64,000 nucleotides of DNA from Trichosphaerium sp. ATCC 40318 (taxonomy: Eukaryota; Protista; Tubulinea). The translations under genes and the position numbers were made by a program. The notes under the pieces are model-generated. The model was given only the letters and a program-made list of their open reading frames with translations. It did no database searches and was not told the origin of the DNA. This document shows, one piece after another, positions 40,568-53,724 of this stretch; the first letter of the stretch is position 1, and every line of letters begins with the position of its first letter. The stretch is taken from assembly GCA_038496445.1 (NCBI GenBank), contig JALMLS010000507.1, positions 310,001 to 374,000 of the forward strand, in the 5' to 3' direction.

Positions 40568-42778
40568 ATGGAGCCAGAGAAGCCTGAGGTTTCCCTAAAT
40601 GGGCACGTCAGCGCAGATGCACCACCGTCACCGCGTAAACGGGCAAAAAAGAGCAAACAAAGGACAAATTCTTTTGTTTACCGACGTTTGGTGTGCTGTC
40701 CCTATGGTGTTGATATTGGAGGATCTATGACGAAGTTTGTATATTTTAGACCGAACAATCCTCCCGATCTGCCCGACTATGTCATCAAAGATACTGAAGT
40801 ACCTAGTGACTTACCCCTAAAGCTCGATCCTTCTCTTGTAGTTGACAAGCTCTCAAAATCGCCGTTCTTTAAAGATGCATTTATTGATGGTGAGGAAGAG
40901 GCAGGTGTACTCAAATTCATTAAAGTACCAGCAAACAAAACAGAAGATTTTATCGAATTTGTCGCCCGTACGTATACGTTTACTTTTGTTTTGTAAAATC
41001 GCGTTATACGTTAAAACCTAGCGTAGAAAAGGGTTTACATCTTCAATGGGGCGGATTGAGCAAGGTCGGAATGAATATAACCGGTGGAGGTACACAATGC
41101 TGTTTTTTATACATTTTACGCTTATACGAGTGTAAATAGGAGCGTATAAATGGGCAGACCTACTCGAGTCAAAACTTGGGTGTAAACTAAATCAACTTGA
41201 CGAAATGAAGATGCTGATACGTGGTCTCAATTGGTTACTAGCAAACTCGCCAAACGAAGTGTTCAAATGCGATTGGGAAACAAAAGAGCAGGTGAGAATT
41301 TGCTTTTGAATAATTTTTTTTTCCAAAAGTCGCTTTATTACGACACTCTATCGTATACTATTGTCAAGACTTTGCGTTCTCCGTTATTTTTTACAGCTGT
41401 AAACATTTTTTGTGAAAAAGACATGTCTCATAAAAGTACCTCTTGGTCACGTGACCAAGCTGTTTAGAAAGCCAAAAAATGATTTTGTAGTTTTTTGTAA
41501 ATTGTCCAAAAGTAATTTTGTTTAGAATTTTGAACCGAAGTTACCTCTTGAGGAATATTTTCCTTACTTGCTTGTTAATATTGGTTCTGGTGTTAGTATT
41601 CTACGTGTTGATGGACCAGGTCAATATCAACGTGTCAGTGGAAGTTGTTTAGGAGGAGGTACGTTTTTGGGAAAACCATGTGTTCCACAACCTTTTTCTA
41701 TTTCTTTTCAGAAAAATCTATTGCGCAGCTAGTTACAGTGTCCTTGTAATGTCGAAATATTAGTTTGGAATTTCGTGACTATAATTATTTATTTTTTAAT
41801 GCCACTACACATGTGCTTTTGATGAACCTGATTTTTTTATCCGTAGGAACATTCTGGGGTCTTTTGCGTTTAATGACGAATATTAAAGATTTTGCTGAAG
41901 TTAAACGTCTGAGTCAGGATGGAGATAATACAAATGTTGATTTAATCGTTGGAGATATATATGGTATGGACTACTCTAAGCTTGGATTAAAGCATGAGTG
42001 GATTGCTAGTAGGTAAGACAAATACATTGTAATAATTTTTTTTCACTTTTTTTTTCTGAAGGAGTATGATTTTTTATTGACGTTTTACTTTAGTTTTGGT
42101 AAGGTTGCAACATCGCATAAAGTCGAAACATTAGAGAAATATGAGTACGTCTATATTTGATAGAGTTAAATCCCGATAAAAATGAGCACAAGCCCACTTT
42201 TGTCTTTTTTGGTAAAAAGTTTTTATTCCTTTTTTTTTGGGTTTTTATTAGCTCTCTGGATGCTCTTCCTTCGTTATGTTGTTTTATATTAATACTCCAT
42301 TTAGTAAGGCAGATATTGTACGCAGTTTGTTATTCATGATATCAAACAATATTGGCCAAATCGCATACTTGAATGCACAGCGTTATGGCATTAAACGAAT
42401 TTTTTTTGCAGGTGAGTACAAAATAAAAAGATTTTTTTAGGACTTTGTATAATCCCTCTGACTCTTTTTTCAGGTGGCTTGATTCGTGCTGGATCATATC
42501 TATGGAGTCGATTTTCATACGCCATCAACTTTTGGTCAAAAGGAGAAGTAGAAGTATGTCAATGTATTCCTTCTTTTTTTTCTTTTTTTCCAAAGCTGCA
42601 TGCCGTTCACTTCTTTGCTTATTTATTAATTTTATTATAGGCACTTTATCTCCTTCATGATGGTTACCTAGGTGCTCTAGGATCTCTCATTACGCGTGCT
42701 GATAAGGATCCAAACGTGGAGAAGGCCAATGGAAAGTCTACTAAACCTACAAATCAAAAAGCATCGCAACAAGACTAA
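40568..42778 (+). CDS. PANK: Type II (eukaryotic) pantothenate kinase
   Basis: [84 protein letters not shown]. Confidence 0.93.
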
Positions 42779-42951
42779 TTTCTTAGTCTCAATGTATTTA
42801 AATAAAATCCTGTTGCGGAATGACTTTCTAGAGCAGAACTTTGTTACCTAAGGTCACATATACTCTACGACCAAGGATGTCGGGCTTGTTTTCAGTCCGA
42901 CCTGTCAAAAGGGGTTAAGTCAGCGCTTTTCTGACATAAAACAAGCACAAC

Positions 42952-44948
42952 ATGTCTTTGACAGCACTCTTCCTCGTTTTGTTTGCCGCGCTGGTATGTT
43001 ATCAATGGTTTATACGAATAAAATAACGTAATTAGGTCGCTTCACAACCAGAGCAGGTTCATACAGCTATAACAGGTATTCCTAATGAACTATCAATAAC
43101 TTGGACAAACTTGGGTACTTTGAGACTTTTCCTTTCTATTTTCTGACGCCTTTAGACACTTCAACGCTTAGTGAAGTACCTCTGGTACAATGGGGACCTT
43201 GTACGTTTTTCAGTTTTTTTTTGATCACGTGATTTTCTAACTCCAAACTGAAGCGAACAAAGAGACTCATGGTAAAAGCTTCAAATTTGACGCAGGATTT
43301 TACAAATCAGTTGTTTGTACTGTTTTGCTTCAAGGACTAGAGGCAGGGACAACATACACTTACAAGTACGTTATTTAGTGCTGTTATCTCGATAATACAC
43401 TGGTGTAAGACCCTAATTTGGTGCTTTGTTCAGGGTTGGTACAAGCGGAAAAATGTCAAAAGAGTACAAATTTACGTACAAACCAACGAACATTACCTAC
43501 GCTGTCTATGGTGATATGGGATTCTCGAATGAACGTAGTATAAAACAATTGGTAGCTGAGGTTGAAGCCAAGTCATTTGACGCTGTTTTACACGTTGGAG
43601 GTACGAAATGGAGGGTTAGAGCCACGAACGGTTCTTTGGTAAAGAATACAAGAAGCTGAGACTTTTAGACTTTGCGTACAATCTTGATACCGATTCCGGA
43701 AGAACTGGCGACAAGTTTATGAATTCTATTGAGCCTGTAGCCTCTGTTGTTCCTTACATGGTAAGTGGAAATGACAAACAATTTATCCGTACTAAATGAA
43801 AGATTTGTAGACTTGTCCAGGAAACCATGAAGCTTATCACAACTTTACTCATTACATAAACAGATTTGATAACATGAACTTTTTGGGTTCTTCAAGCGGT
43901 AGTGATAACAACCTATGGTACGTTTTTGTTATTATCGACACGTGATTGTTTATCATATTTATTAAAATACTCTGTTAGGTATTCATGGAATGAAGGATTG
44001 ACTCACTTCATTGCGATAGATACTGAAGTCTATGCTTATTCAACTGATGCAGGACAAATTGAAAGACAAATTAATTGGCTTACTCAAGTGCGTCTTTTTG
44101 GTTTTTTATGAGTGCAGTCTTAGCACGCTTCGATGTTTTCGAAGGGCAGCGCTTTGTTTTATCAATTTTTTTCTTGTTTGTTTGTTTTATGGTTCTGTGT
44201 ACTAATGGTAGTATTTAGGATCTTATTGAAGCCAATAGAGTACGTGATAAATACCCATGGATAGTTATGTTTGGTCATAAAGGATATTGGATGGATAAAG
44301 TAAACTGGACTGATTTTGAGCGTTTATCCAATGAATATGGAGTTGATGTACGTCTCTCACCATCCAATCATTTGAATACCTCCTTTATTACATTCTCGCA
44401 TTTCGTATATCTTATTTCTTAAACACTAGTTGTACTTGTGCGGTCACCAACACAACTATCAAAGACTTTACCCATCTTATGGAAAACAAGTACAAAAGAT
44501 GTCTTCTAATATCTACGTTGATCCAAAGTACATGGTCACAATTGTATCTGGTTCTCCTGGATGCCCTGAATACATATCAAAAGGAGGAGCTCCAGCAGAT
44601 GTACGTCAAAAACCTTTTTAATTCAAAAATTTTCGGTGAGAAAAAAAAAAGACTTAACGATTGTCGAGCCTGTTAAGGCACTATTGCATGATTTTTTGTT
44701 CTTTTTTGTGTGGTATGATGTGAGATTATGTTGACGCTTTTTTTTGTTAGACTGTAGCCAACGCTTTCTTTACTTATGGTTATGGACACATGAAAATCGT
44801 CAATTCAACTCATTTATATTGGCGATGGGAAATGACTTCTGAGGCTAAGATGAACCTTCAAAATGAGGTTGGTAGTATTCATCTAGATGAAGCAGACTGG
44901 AAAGATGACATGTGGTTGATTCAAACTCATCACGGAAAAAGACAATAA
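42952..44948 (+). CDS. Secreted purple acid phosphatase (ACP7-like)
   Basis: Signal peptide, PEQVH, YGDMG, HVGDFAY, PGNHE, FGHK, CGHQHNYQR, YGYG. Confidence 0.9.
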
Positions 44949-45238
44949 TTGATAAAAATAAAGCTGATTTTCTATTCACATTTTTTTCTGGTTTTTGTCG
45001 AACAAAAACGTGACTCTTTGCGTAGAGAACAGCTGTGCGAACTACAGCTCTGGTATGTCGCATAGACTACCATAGACCAAAATGGTGCTAACACCGCTTA
45101 TTGAAGTGGTAGTACACGACAGGAAAGGTTTAGGTAAAGTTAGCCAAGTAACGGTTTTGTTTGCCAAACAAGTCAAGACCAACTTTCAGATAATTGATTT
45201 TAGCCGTTTGTGGTCCACAAAAGACAGGTCAATTACTT

Positions 45239-45817
45239 ATGGAGACATCTCCTTTCATCGCTTGTTGCACTGTTACACTCGTAGAGCGAGGAATAGTTAG
45301 TCTTGATAATAAAATTAATGTTTTATGGCCTCTACTATGTAAAAGTACTGCCCTTTCTCGCTTCAACGATTCTTTTGTAAAGAACGGCGTTTTTACCCGA
45401 TTGTACTCATGTGGATCTAAAAAACTACTCTGCACCTTTAAAAATGGCCAAGCAAGCGGTTTATGTAAGCGTTGGTATCCAAACGGTGTATTAAGTGAAT
45501 TATGCTTCTATACACCAAAAGAATGCGCTAAGAGTGTTAAAAGAGTAAGGTTTGGTGGCACACATAGTCCAAAAGTCTATTTTGAGGTCGGTAGGCACTA
45601 TTATCGAAGAAATCATCGGACGATGGAGGACGGCGATAATAATGCTGGAGGTTACTTTTATCCTTGTAACAGTGTACTTGACGCTGAATTCAAGTGTTGG
45701 TATGAGAATGGACAGCTCGCAATAAGATGTTGGTATGATAATGGTGTGATTACTGAGCAACAAAGTTGGCATAAGGATGGAACAGAACGGAAACCGTTTA
45801 AAGACTTAACTTTGTAG
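45239..45817 (+). CDS. MORN-variant repeat protein B with a WPLLC N-terminal domain, intronless
   Basis: GLCKRWYPNG and FKCWYENGQLAIRCWYDNG; the N-terminus aligns with gene C. Confidence 0.75.
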   Translation: METSPFIACCTVTLVERGIVSLDNKINVLWPLLCKSTALSRFNDSFVKNGVFTRLYSCGSKKLLCTFKNGQASGLCKRWYPNGVLSELCFYTPKECAKSVKRVRFGGTHSPKVYFEVGRHYYRRNHRTMEDGDNNAGGYFYPCNSVLDAEFKCWYENGQLAIRCWYDNGVITEQQSWHKDGTERKPFKDLTL

Positions 45818-46080
45818 AATCAAGTTTCTTGGAGCCTCTGAGGCTGGGTGGTCAATATTATACAAGTGTTAATGTACTTGGAAACGACAGTGGGCAATCT
45901 TGTACACAAACAATAAAAAAAATAGTTAAGGTTAATAATGTTCGTTTGTTTCAATAGACAGTATCACTTTTACAAGTTGTATGAAGGCTACTTGGCTTCA
46001 TGTGCACTAACAAGTACGCAGCGTAATTGAATTGTTTTCTTAAAACATTCCGGCAGCTAGTTTGTTCTTTAGTTTTCCTT

Positions 46081-49000
46081 TTATTTTACACTGTCTTCCA
46101 TTTCGCCAAACCGGAAGAAATAGCTGCTGAGTACTGAGCCATTACTTCTCTTCTTTTAGATGCTGCTATGCGTAGTACTTGATACTCATTTACAACTTTT
46201 ACAAATCCATTTTCTACTTCTATAAACTGCTTGACAGCGTCATTGATTGACTTCTTTAAACTCTCTAAACGTGTTTTCGCCTATAAAAAAACAGTATTAA
46301 GTTCTTGCTCCGCTTCTATTTGGGTCTCGAGAATAAGGTTTTTATGGTTACCTGAGGATGAAATAGTGCTTCTGATACTTTATCATCTTTGCATAGTATA
46401 GACGTCATAACGTTCTTTAATGATATCGTATTTGTATGCAATTTCACCTCTACAAAAAAACCAGTTTGTGAATGATACTTTTTTATACACGCGATTTATC
46501 ACGTGTGGTTTTAAAAAACCCAGAACATGTTCTTACCTTTCTTATCGTGTAAGAAAATGTCGACCACAAGCTGTCTTATTCTATCCTTCTTTTGAATACG
46601 TCTTTCTGTGTCAACTGCTTGCGAACCTACAGTCGTTTTTTAGTTTAAAAGTCAAGGAAAAGGCAAGATAAAAAAATAGTATTGTCACGCACTTAGTCTT
46701 GCAAGTTTTGATGAAGTGAACTCTAGCATATCGTGAAAGCGTACAGCACGTTTTGAACTTTCGTTGTAAAAGTCACGAACAGCTTTAAGTCCTACGGAAG
46801 AAAAAGTTAAAAACTGTTCGAGACATTTTTACCTTGTACCTATCATTTCTTCTTCTAATGAGTTCAAAGCTCTCTCAAGAGCTTGTACCACTTTAGTACG
46901 AGATTTTTCGTTTCCTTTACGTTTGAGACGTCTCATAGCACTCTCCAAAGTAGCTGAGTTTATCCTAGTACTGAAAATAATTGACAGAGAAGGAGATCCA
47001 ACATCTTTGATTATAGACCTCACCATCTTTGTAAAAAAAAAAAGTTAAAAAAACCAACCCATAGACATGTTAGGAATAGATTGATGTACCTCAGATGATA
47101 GCAAGAAATCAGGTCTTTGTAAAGCTTCTGCTAGCGTAGTAAGAGGTAAAACTCTTGTACGATGGAAGTTCGCAATATCAATATTAGAAATCTTTTTTGC
47201 TTTTTCAGCAAACTTTTTTTCTTCCTTTTGTAGCCGCATGTGCTCTGATCCATCGTGTTTATAAGCATCAAAATCAAACTTTTTACCATTAAATAAACTG
47301 GTAGTCATCAATAAAGGATGATACATATCTTGGTATCGGCTGTAGACTTCCTTGATGTATTTTTTAGAAACTCGATTAACATTGCTTGTCATAACAGTGT
47401 TGTAGATATGTCTGTAAGCAACCTAGGCGAACATGATTAGGATTCTGCTTATCAATATTAATTAACATACCTCTTGTTCATATAAATCCTGGACAAGGTT
47501 ATCTTCAAGCTTAGAAGCGTCTTTTAACTCTTGATCTTCTTTTTCTTTAAGAAGTGTCAGGATCTAATAAAAACAGAGGTTAATTATGTACTGACTTTGT
47601 TATCACGTGATACGTGAATAAATAGTACGTACATCGTCACTTGGTTTTTTACTTTCCAGAGCCCAATCGTAAGGAGTCTTTCCAGATTTATCTTTCAAAG
47701 ACGCAAATGGAGGGAAGTACCCGTTTTTGTACAATAATAAATTAATAATATCAAGCCGCCCTAAGAACTGTTGTTAACATACTTTGTTCGCAGCTAATTC
47801 GCATAATATATAGTTATGATGTTACCTCCTTTAGCAGCATAATGAAGCATTGTGGCACCGAGCTCATCCTTATCTTTGACGAGTTAATTGAACGTCTCTG
47901 AAAGAGAAGAAAAAAAGAGAAAGCCAAATGGACTTACCTTTTGGATTAGCCCCATCAAGAAGAAGTTTTTCAATTTTTTTTGTTTGTTTAGCTTGTATAG
48001 CCTTTCTGAGACGCAGTGTTTTATCGTCAACAATCTCTCTATTGTGCCTTGAAATAAACTTCTCAAGCATCTCTCTTTCCCCTACACCCACCAGTCAACA
48101 ATCAACAATCAAACAACGAGAAAAAAGAAAAAAAAACCCAGCGCTACTGGTTCGAACTTCTTTCTTGTTTTGTTACCTTGTAATCTTGATTTTTGTAGTG
48201 TCACTTCATCCTCACGTAATTTAACTTCCTCTAGTCGAGCTTGAAGACGTTTTCTTTGTTGCTGCATTATTGCTTGAAGTTTGGCTTCGTCACGTTCTAG
48301 TTTTCTTCGTTTAATAGCAAGCTCTGCTCTTTCACTTGAAAGCTTTGCCTCAAGGACACGCAATTTCTGGCGTTGCTATGGATAGGGTTGAGTGCGAGTC
48401 ATGTTAAAAACCTTGTTGGTTGTTAATATCACGTGTACCTGAACAACATCTTCACTTGTGTGAGATTGCTCTCTTTCAAGAATTTTTAGTTTACTTTCTT
48501 CTTCATGTAGTTTATGTTCTCTGGCTTCAATCTCTAATTCGCGCTCTCGAATACTATCATAAATATTAGAAAGTGTACCAACTAAGAATGGGCAATCAAA
48601 AGATACATGAAAGGTCCGTACCCTAACATGTCTTGGTCAAGTTGTTGACGTTTTTTATCTACTTCATTGAGTTCAACTCTCGGATTAAAGTTTGGCTGTC
48701 TAGGTGTCTGTCCTCGCCTTACTGGCTTTTCTGATTTTCTAAGACCAGCTTTAACTGAAGCTATAGATTCTGACACGAATCTAAGCGCAAATAAGTACAG
48801 TAACAAGACACGAGAGAAATAAAAACAACCACGAAAAACATGACATACTTTTTTGTGCTTGATGTTTTAGCTCTTCGTTCTGTTTCAAGTTGATTCGTCA
48901 GTGCATTTATTTTATCACGTGATTTATTCTTTTCTTGTTCAAGTAGTCTATTCAATTCAGTAGCTCGAGCTAATAAGTGTTTTGTGAGGAGTGTAAGCTC

Positions 49001-51756
49001 TTGAGATTCAGAATCATTTTTGTTAACATCATAATAAGAACCATATTTGGTTCCTTCATTCTGACCAGTATTGGATGCTACCTCCTTTTGTACTAAGTTA
49101 GAAAAGTTGGGGTAGTATTGATTCTAAAGAGTTACCTCTTCGTCACCTCCAGGTAGGTTTGTTATAGTCGATATGTGAGAAACTATTTTGGAATTGAATA
49201 ATTTTTTAGAGTTCTGTTTCTTCAACTACACAGAAAGTGTCAATGCTTGTTTTGTGTTTTTGCATCATGGTATATTGAAGTTCGTACACGGTTTGCTTGG
49301 GAAGCTATTTGAAGTATCTGTAACCATGCTTTTCGTTCCACATCCGAATTAGCAGCAACAAGTAAGAACTTTTTACTGTTTCTTAAAACAATAGCGAAAG
49401 GCTGAGACCTTGTCTGTGCAGGATGAACTTCATAGTCTATATGCACGCACTTTAGATTCATGTATATACTAACTAACGATTATAACAAGTACCTCGTAGG
49501 TCATAATACTGTTCGACCTGTACATTAAACAAATAAGCAAAAAAAAAGTATGAACATCAAGGGTGTTAGAATAACGCACCATCTTTCCGTCTTTGAATGT
49601 GTTGTACTTTAGTTTATGATCTGTCACCCACGCTTGTCTTCTTAGCCATCCACGATCTGTATTCATATAAAGGTGTTCCAAATCCAATGGCTTAAACACG
49701 ACAAGTTAAGCGATGTAAAAATGTTTGCTAAAAGAAAATACCTTTGCAGCGTCTGCTTCTTCTTCTGTACCACTATCTTTTGTGAATTAGTTAGAAATGC
49801 TCTAGTATGATGCACGAGTTTAGGTATAACGATACCTTGTTGCCAAAGAAGTGTGGATTCATCTTGTACGTCAGCAAGAGTGTTCATTAGCCTGCTTGGG
49901 AGTAACTGTCGTAATTCGCTGTCGTGATGTTTAATGACTTCAAGAATCTTTTCTATTGCGATGACACGGATGTATGTAGGTACGATGATTCTAAGATACA
50001 ACAAATGAGATTGCGCAATGTGCAAAACGCGATGATTTTTACAACCACAAAAAGTTGGTTCAAAAACGAAGAGTATCAAACCTTCTTGTGTCACGGAGAT
50101 GTTCTGGGACAGTCTAGGTGTACGATATGAGGATAATGGTATTTCAATTAAAGGTATTCATAGAACAGACAGAGACTTACCAGTAGTTTATAGGCAATGT
50201 CTTTGACTATTTGTGATTTCTCTTTAACAAATCTATCAATTTCTACCGTTGATCTATCCCATGTATAATTTGGTGTAACACAAGCGAGTAATAAATGGGA
50301 TACAAGACTCAATACAGAGCGTAATCTAACAGACGACAAATCTATATTTAACATCAACAATAACCAAGATTTCTTCAATGAAGAGACAAGTTGTCAAAGT
50401 TAGTTTTTAGTTACTTGCCTGATAGTAATCCATAAAAATTAGGCATCTTCAATGCGGGAATAAATAATTCTGTAAAGAGTAGTTGAGCAACTCTCCTTTT
50501 TGCTTCTTTCTTCTTAACACCAGATTCAATAAGACTCTCGTGTATATGTAATAGTACATCACGAATAGGCCTTGTGCAAAGTTCAGTTAAATTGAACCAA
50601 AAAATAGAAAATCACGTGTGCTTCTCTTACATTGGAGCTAATGTTATAGAATCATGAATACGTTTCAATATCCTCTCTGCCCATATTAGAACAAGAAATT
50701 TATTACCAACATTAAGATCACTATTATCCTGCCGTTTGTCGACGTTTTGCTAAACGAAAGTTAGTCCGCTGGTTTGAACGAAAAAAACAGTTCATTTTGT
50801 CGTACCAAGCTGACGAGTGAGTCAGAGCGAGAGGCATCAATAGAAGCTAAGATATGAGCTAATTCTTCCGATAATATGTGATGCACATAGAATAGTCCTT
50901 GTACTTTACAAAAGTGGTTGAATAAGTTCTTGAAAAAGAACCCACCAAGCGTCTTTGCTAATGTAGTATTAAACAAAATAAAAGGAAGTGCACATGTTAA
51001 ACCAGAAACGTTACAAAAAACTGTAAAGCGAGGACTAGTTTCACTCAATTGCGATGGTACATGAGCGGTCCTCATGGTAGGCAAGTCATTTTGTTTAGGT
51101 GTTTAGATGATGACGTACTATCTTTCTTCGATACTGCACTTAATTCGTTTGTAACTGCACTCTTTACTAGCGTTGAGGACAAGCTAGCGTTGTTATCTTT
51201 CTTTTCAAATATGTAAACAAGTGCTTGACTAACGGTAGATTGGACAGCATCTGTTTGTGTTACCATTATTTTACATATAGCCTAATACGTTTGTTTGCAA
51301 ACATATAGAGCGCTAGGCCTAACAAAGAAATACAAAAAAAAGTTTCGATAACAAAAAACTCCGAAGTATGTTAGCGTACTTGAGGTAATCGCATGTTCGG
51401 TTGTAATATAAGCTATAACGAGGAGTGTTAACACTTTTACAAAAAAAAAACTGTACTGTTAAACAGCAGACGGAGAGAATCTCCACTTGATAAAAAGACT
51501 GTTTTTTTAATCACGTGGTTTGCAAAAGTACACGTGATAGAGTTTTGGATGTTTTTATTATTTTAAATACCTGTTCTACTGCTAGAAGGCGTGCAGTCAT
51601 TTCTAAGTTCTCTGTATGGTCGTAATTAGGCGCCAGACGCTTAAACAGGCGTTTAGGCGTTGATATATTTGGTATCGGTGTAGAGTCGATATGATGGGAT
51701 CTATAACCAGGTAGTGATGAAGCTCTACCATTACGCTTGCCAAAGAACGAAGACAT
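46081..51756 (-). CDS. Large RasGAP-like / PH / coiled-coil / ankyrin protein
   Basis: GAP-like helices (QGLFYVHHIL..RILKRIHDSI..LLFTELFIPAL), PH (GWLRRQAWV..FLLVAANSDVERKAWLQIL), WH2-like SVKAGLRKSE, a long coiled coil, and ankyrin repeats (GATMLHYAAKGG, DKSGKTPYDWA). The exons I checked splice in frame. Confidence 0.75.
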
Positions 51757-52037
51757 AATGCTGGTTGTAAGTATTTAATCTTTTTTTTGTAATTTCTATA
51801 CTAGTATAGAAATTTGCTGACTTTTCAAGTGTTGTTTACTATGACGACATTTTCTTTTTCTGTTTGTTTTGTGTACGTATGTGTCATTGCATATATTACG
51901 CAACCGGAGTTTTAGGTTTCGTTTAGCTAAGAGAGACTGCTGCGAATGCAAGGTTCATTAGAAAGCTGGTAGTCTCTTTTCTGAGATGAGATTTCTGGAA
52001 AGTCTTTTGCGCTTTGATCTTTATCTTCATCAATACT

Positions 52038-53628
52038 TTAACTTGTGAATAACGTATTAGATAAATTACTAAGCGCTCTATACAAAACAAAGTTAGAATA
52101 AAGACCTAGCAACTCATTCAAGTATTCACCTCTGTTCCGCTTTTTTAGCCCGTACAGAACTCAGATCAAAGTTCCATTCGTGTTCAGGGTATATCAAAGA
52201 TAGCCAACTTGGGTAATTTGCTATCAACCCTGAGTACCCCAAAGAATCTAATTGTTCGCCTGAGACTCTATACCAATCGTCTACTTCTGATATATTCAAA
52301 CTTTTCTCAATATCAACTGCAAACTTTGCAATATTGCTTGGAAGCTGCCAGTAATTTCTTGGTCTTTTGCCTTTATTTGAATTAATCTTTAGCTTGTATA
52401 CAGACTATGGCACGTACTTCTGAATGTGGATTTTATCCATTCGTAATCCGGATACACTGTTTGTGCTAGACTTGATATAGAATAGTTAAAGTGCCTATAG
52501 CTGGTTTAACCTTTGATTTTTTGATTTTTTTTTGGAACTAGGGACGTACTTTAAAAACCCTGATCCTCCCTTGTAGTCTCTTACTTGCTCAATTTTAACA
52601 TTATACCAATCGGGTATTTGTTTAACATTAAGTTCAGATTCTATCTACATGTACTGTTTGAGACAACTCGAAGAGCTTGTTTTTTTTTCTTACCATTTTA
52701 ATAAACTCAATTTGGTTATGCTTATTTTGCCAATAGTTTCGTTTCACTTGACCTACAGCACATGTCATTACGTTTAAACAGATAACAAAAAAGCAATCAT
52801 ACCAAATAACTCGTATCTCCAAGTATGGTCGGGATATAAACTCCACAGTGCTTTACGAAGATCAAAAGAAAACTGTCTAATATTAAATAAGATTTTCAAA
52901 AAAAAAACAACGGAATTCTACGGACGTACTGTAAAAATCCAGATCCTCCTAACCGTACTACAGAAACTGTACGTACATTATACCAATCATTTATCTCTTT
53001 TATATGCATGTGCGCTTCAACCTTTAACAAAAGAAATCAAAAATTTCTCAAAAATCGACACGACATTGTGACACCTGTCAAACGAAAAACTTTCCATAAT
53101 TCTTTAACGTACTTCTCGCATAAATTCTATTTGGTTGCAGTGTTTATTCCAAAAAGGACCAAGGCGTGCTATGACACGCATAAGAAGCTATTTCAACCGG
53201 TTTCAACCTACCGAATTTCCATGGTATCCATTCGTGCTCTGGATACACGAACTTTAACATTGTACGTATAGACTTGAAGAATCTATGACATTTGAGCATA
53301 TTTGATACTATTCATGCTTAAACGCGCTGAAAAAGATGTATAACACTATACAGGGATGGTGTTGTATTATAACGCACTGTAATAGAGTTTTTGCTCCTGC
53401 CTGGCATAAATAATCATAAGACACATTGTACCAGTCATCTAGGTGTTTAACACGAAGGTTGAAGCCCATCTGACAGAAATCAGTTATGGTTTCTGCTTAA
53501 TGTGTTCCTACCTCATTTACATACTCGCAAACCTCTGCAGATGTCGAAAATCGTCCATACACCTTCCTTTTCTTTGCTCTTGTCTTTGTTGGCGGTAGTG
53601 CTCTCGCAATTGGTCGAAACCCCGCCAT
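52038..53628 (-). CDS. Uncharacterised protein with four about 65-aa W..DWY..GG..YP..W repeats
   Basis: VKHLDDWYNVS..YPEHEWIPWKF, IKEINDWYNV..GGSGFL..YPDHTW, VKQIPDWYNV..YPDYEW, ISEVDDWYRV..YPEHEW; basic N-terminus. Confidence 0.75.
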
Positions 53629-53724
53629 ACTGTCGCCGTAACCGCCTTATAACGTAAGATACACTTGGCTTTCCAGTGCGGTGATATTAAATTACAAAAA
53701 TTCAATTTTGGTCGTTTTGTGAAA
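53629..53724. promoter_or_regulatory. 96-bp bidirectional promoter
   Basis: Lies between the divergent ATGs at 53628 (-) and 53725 (+). Confidence 0.5.
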
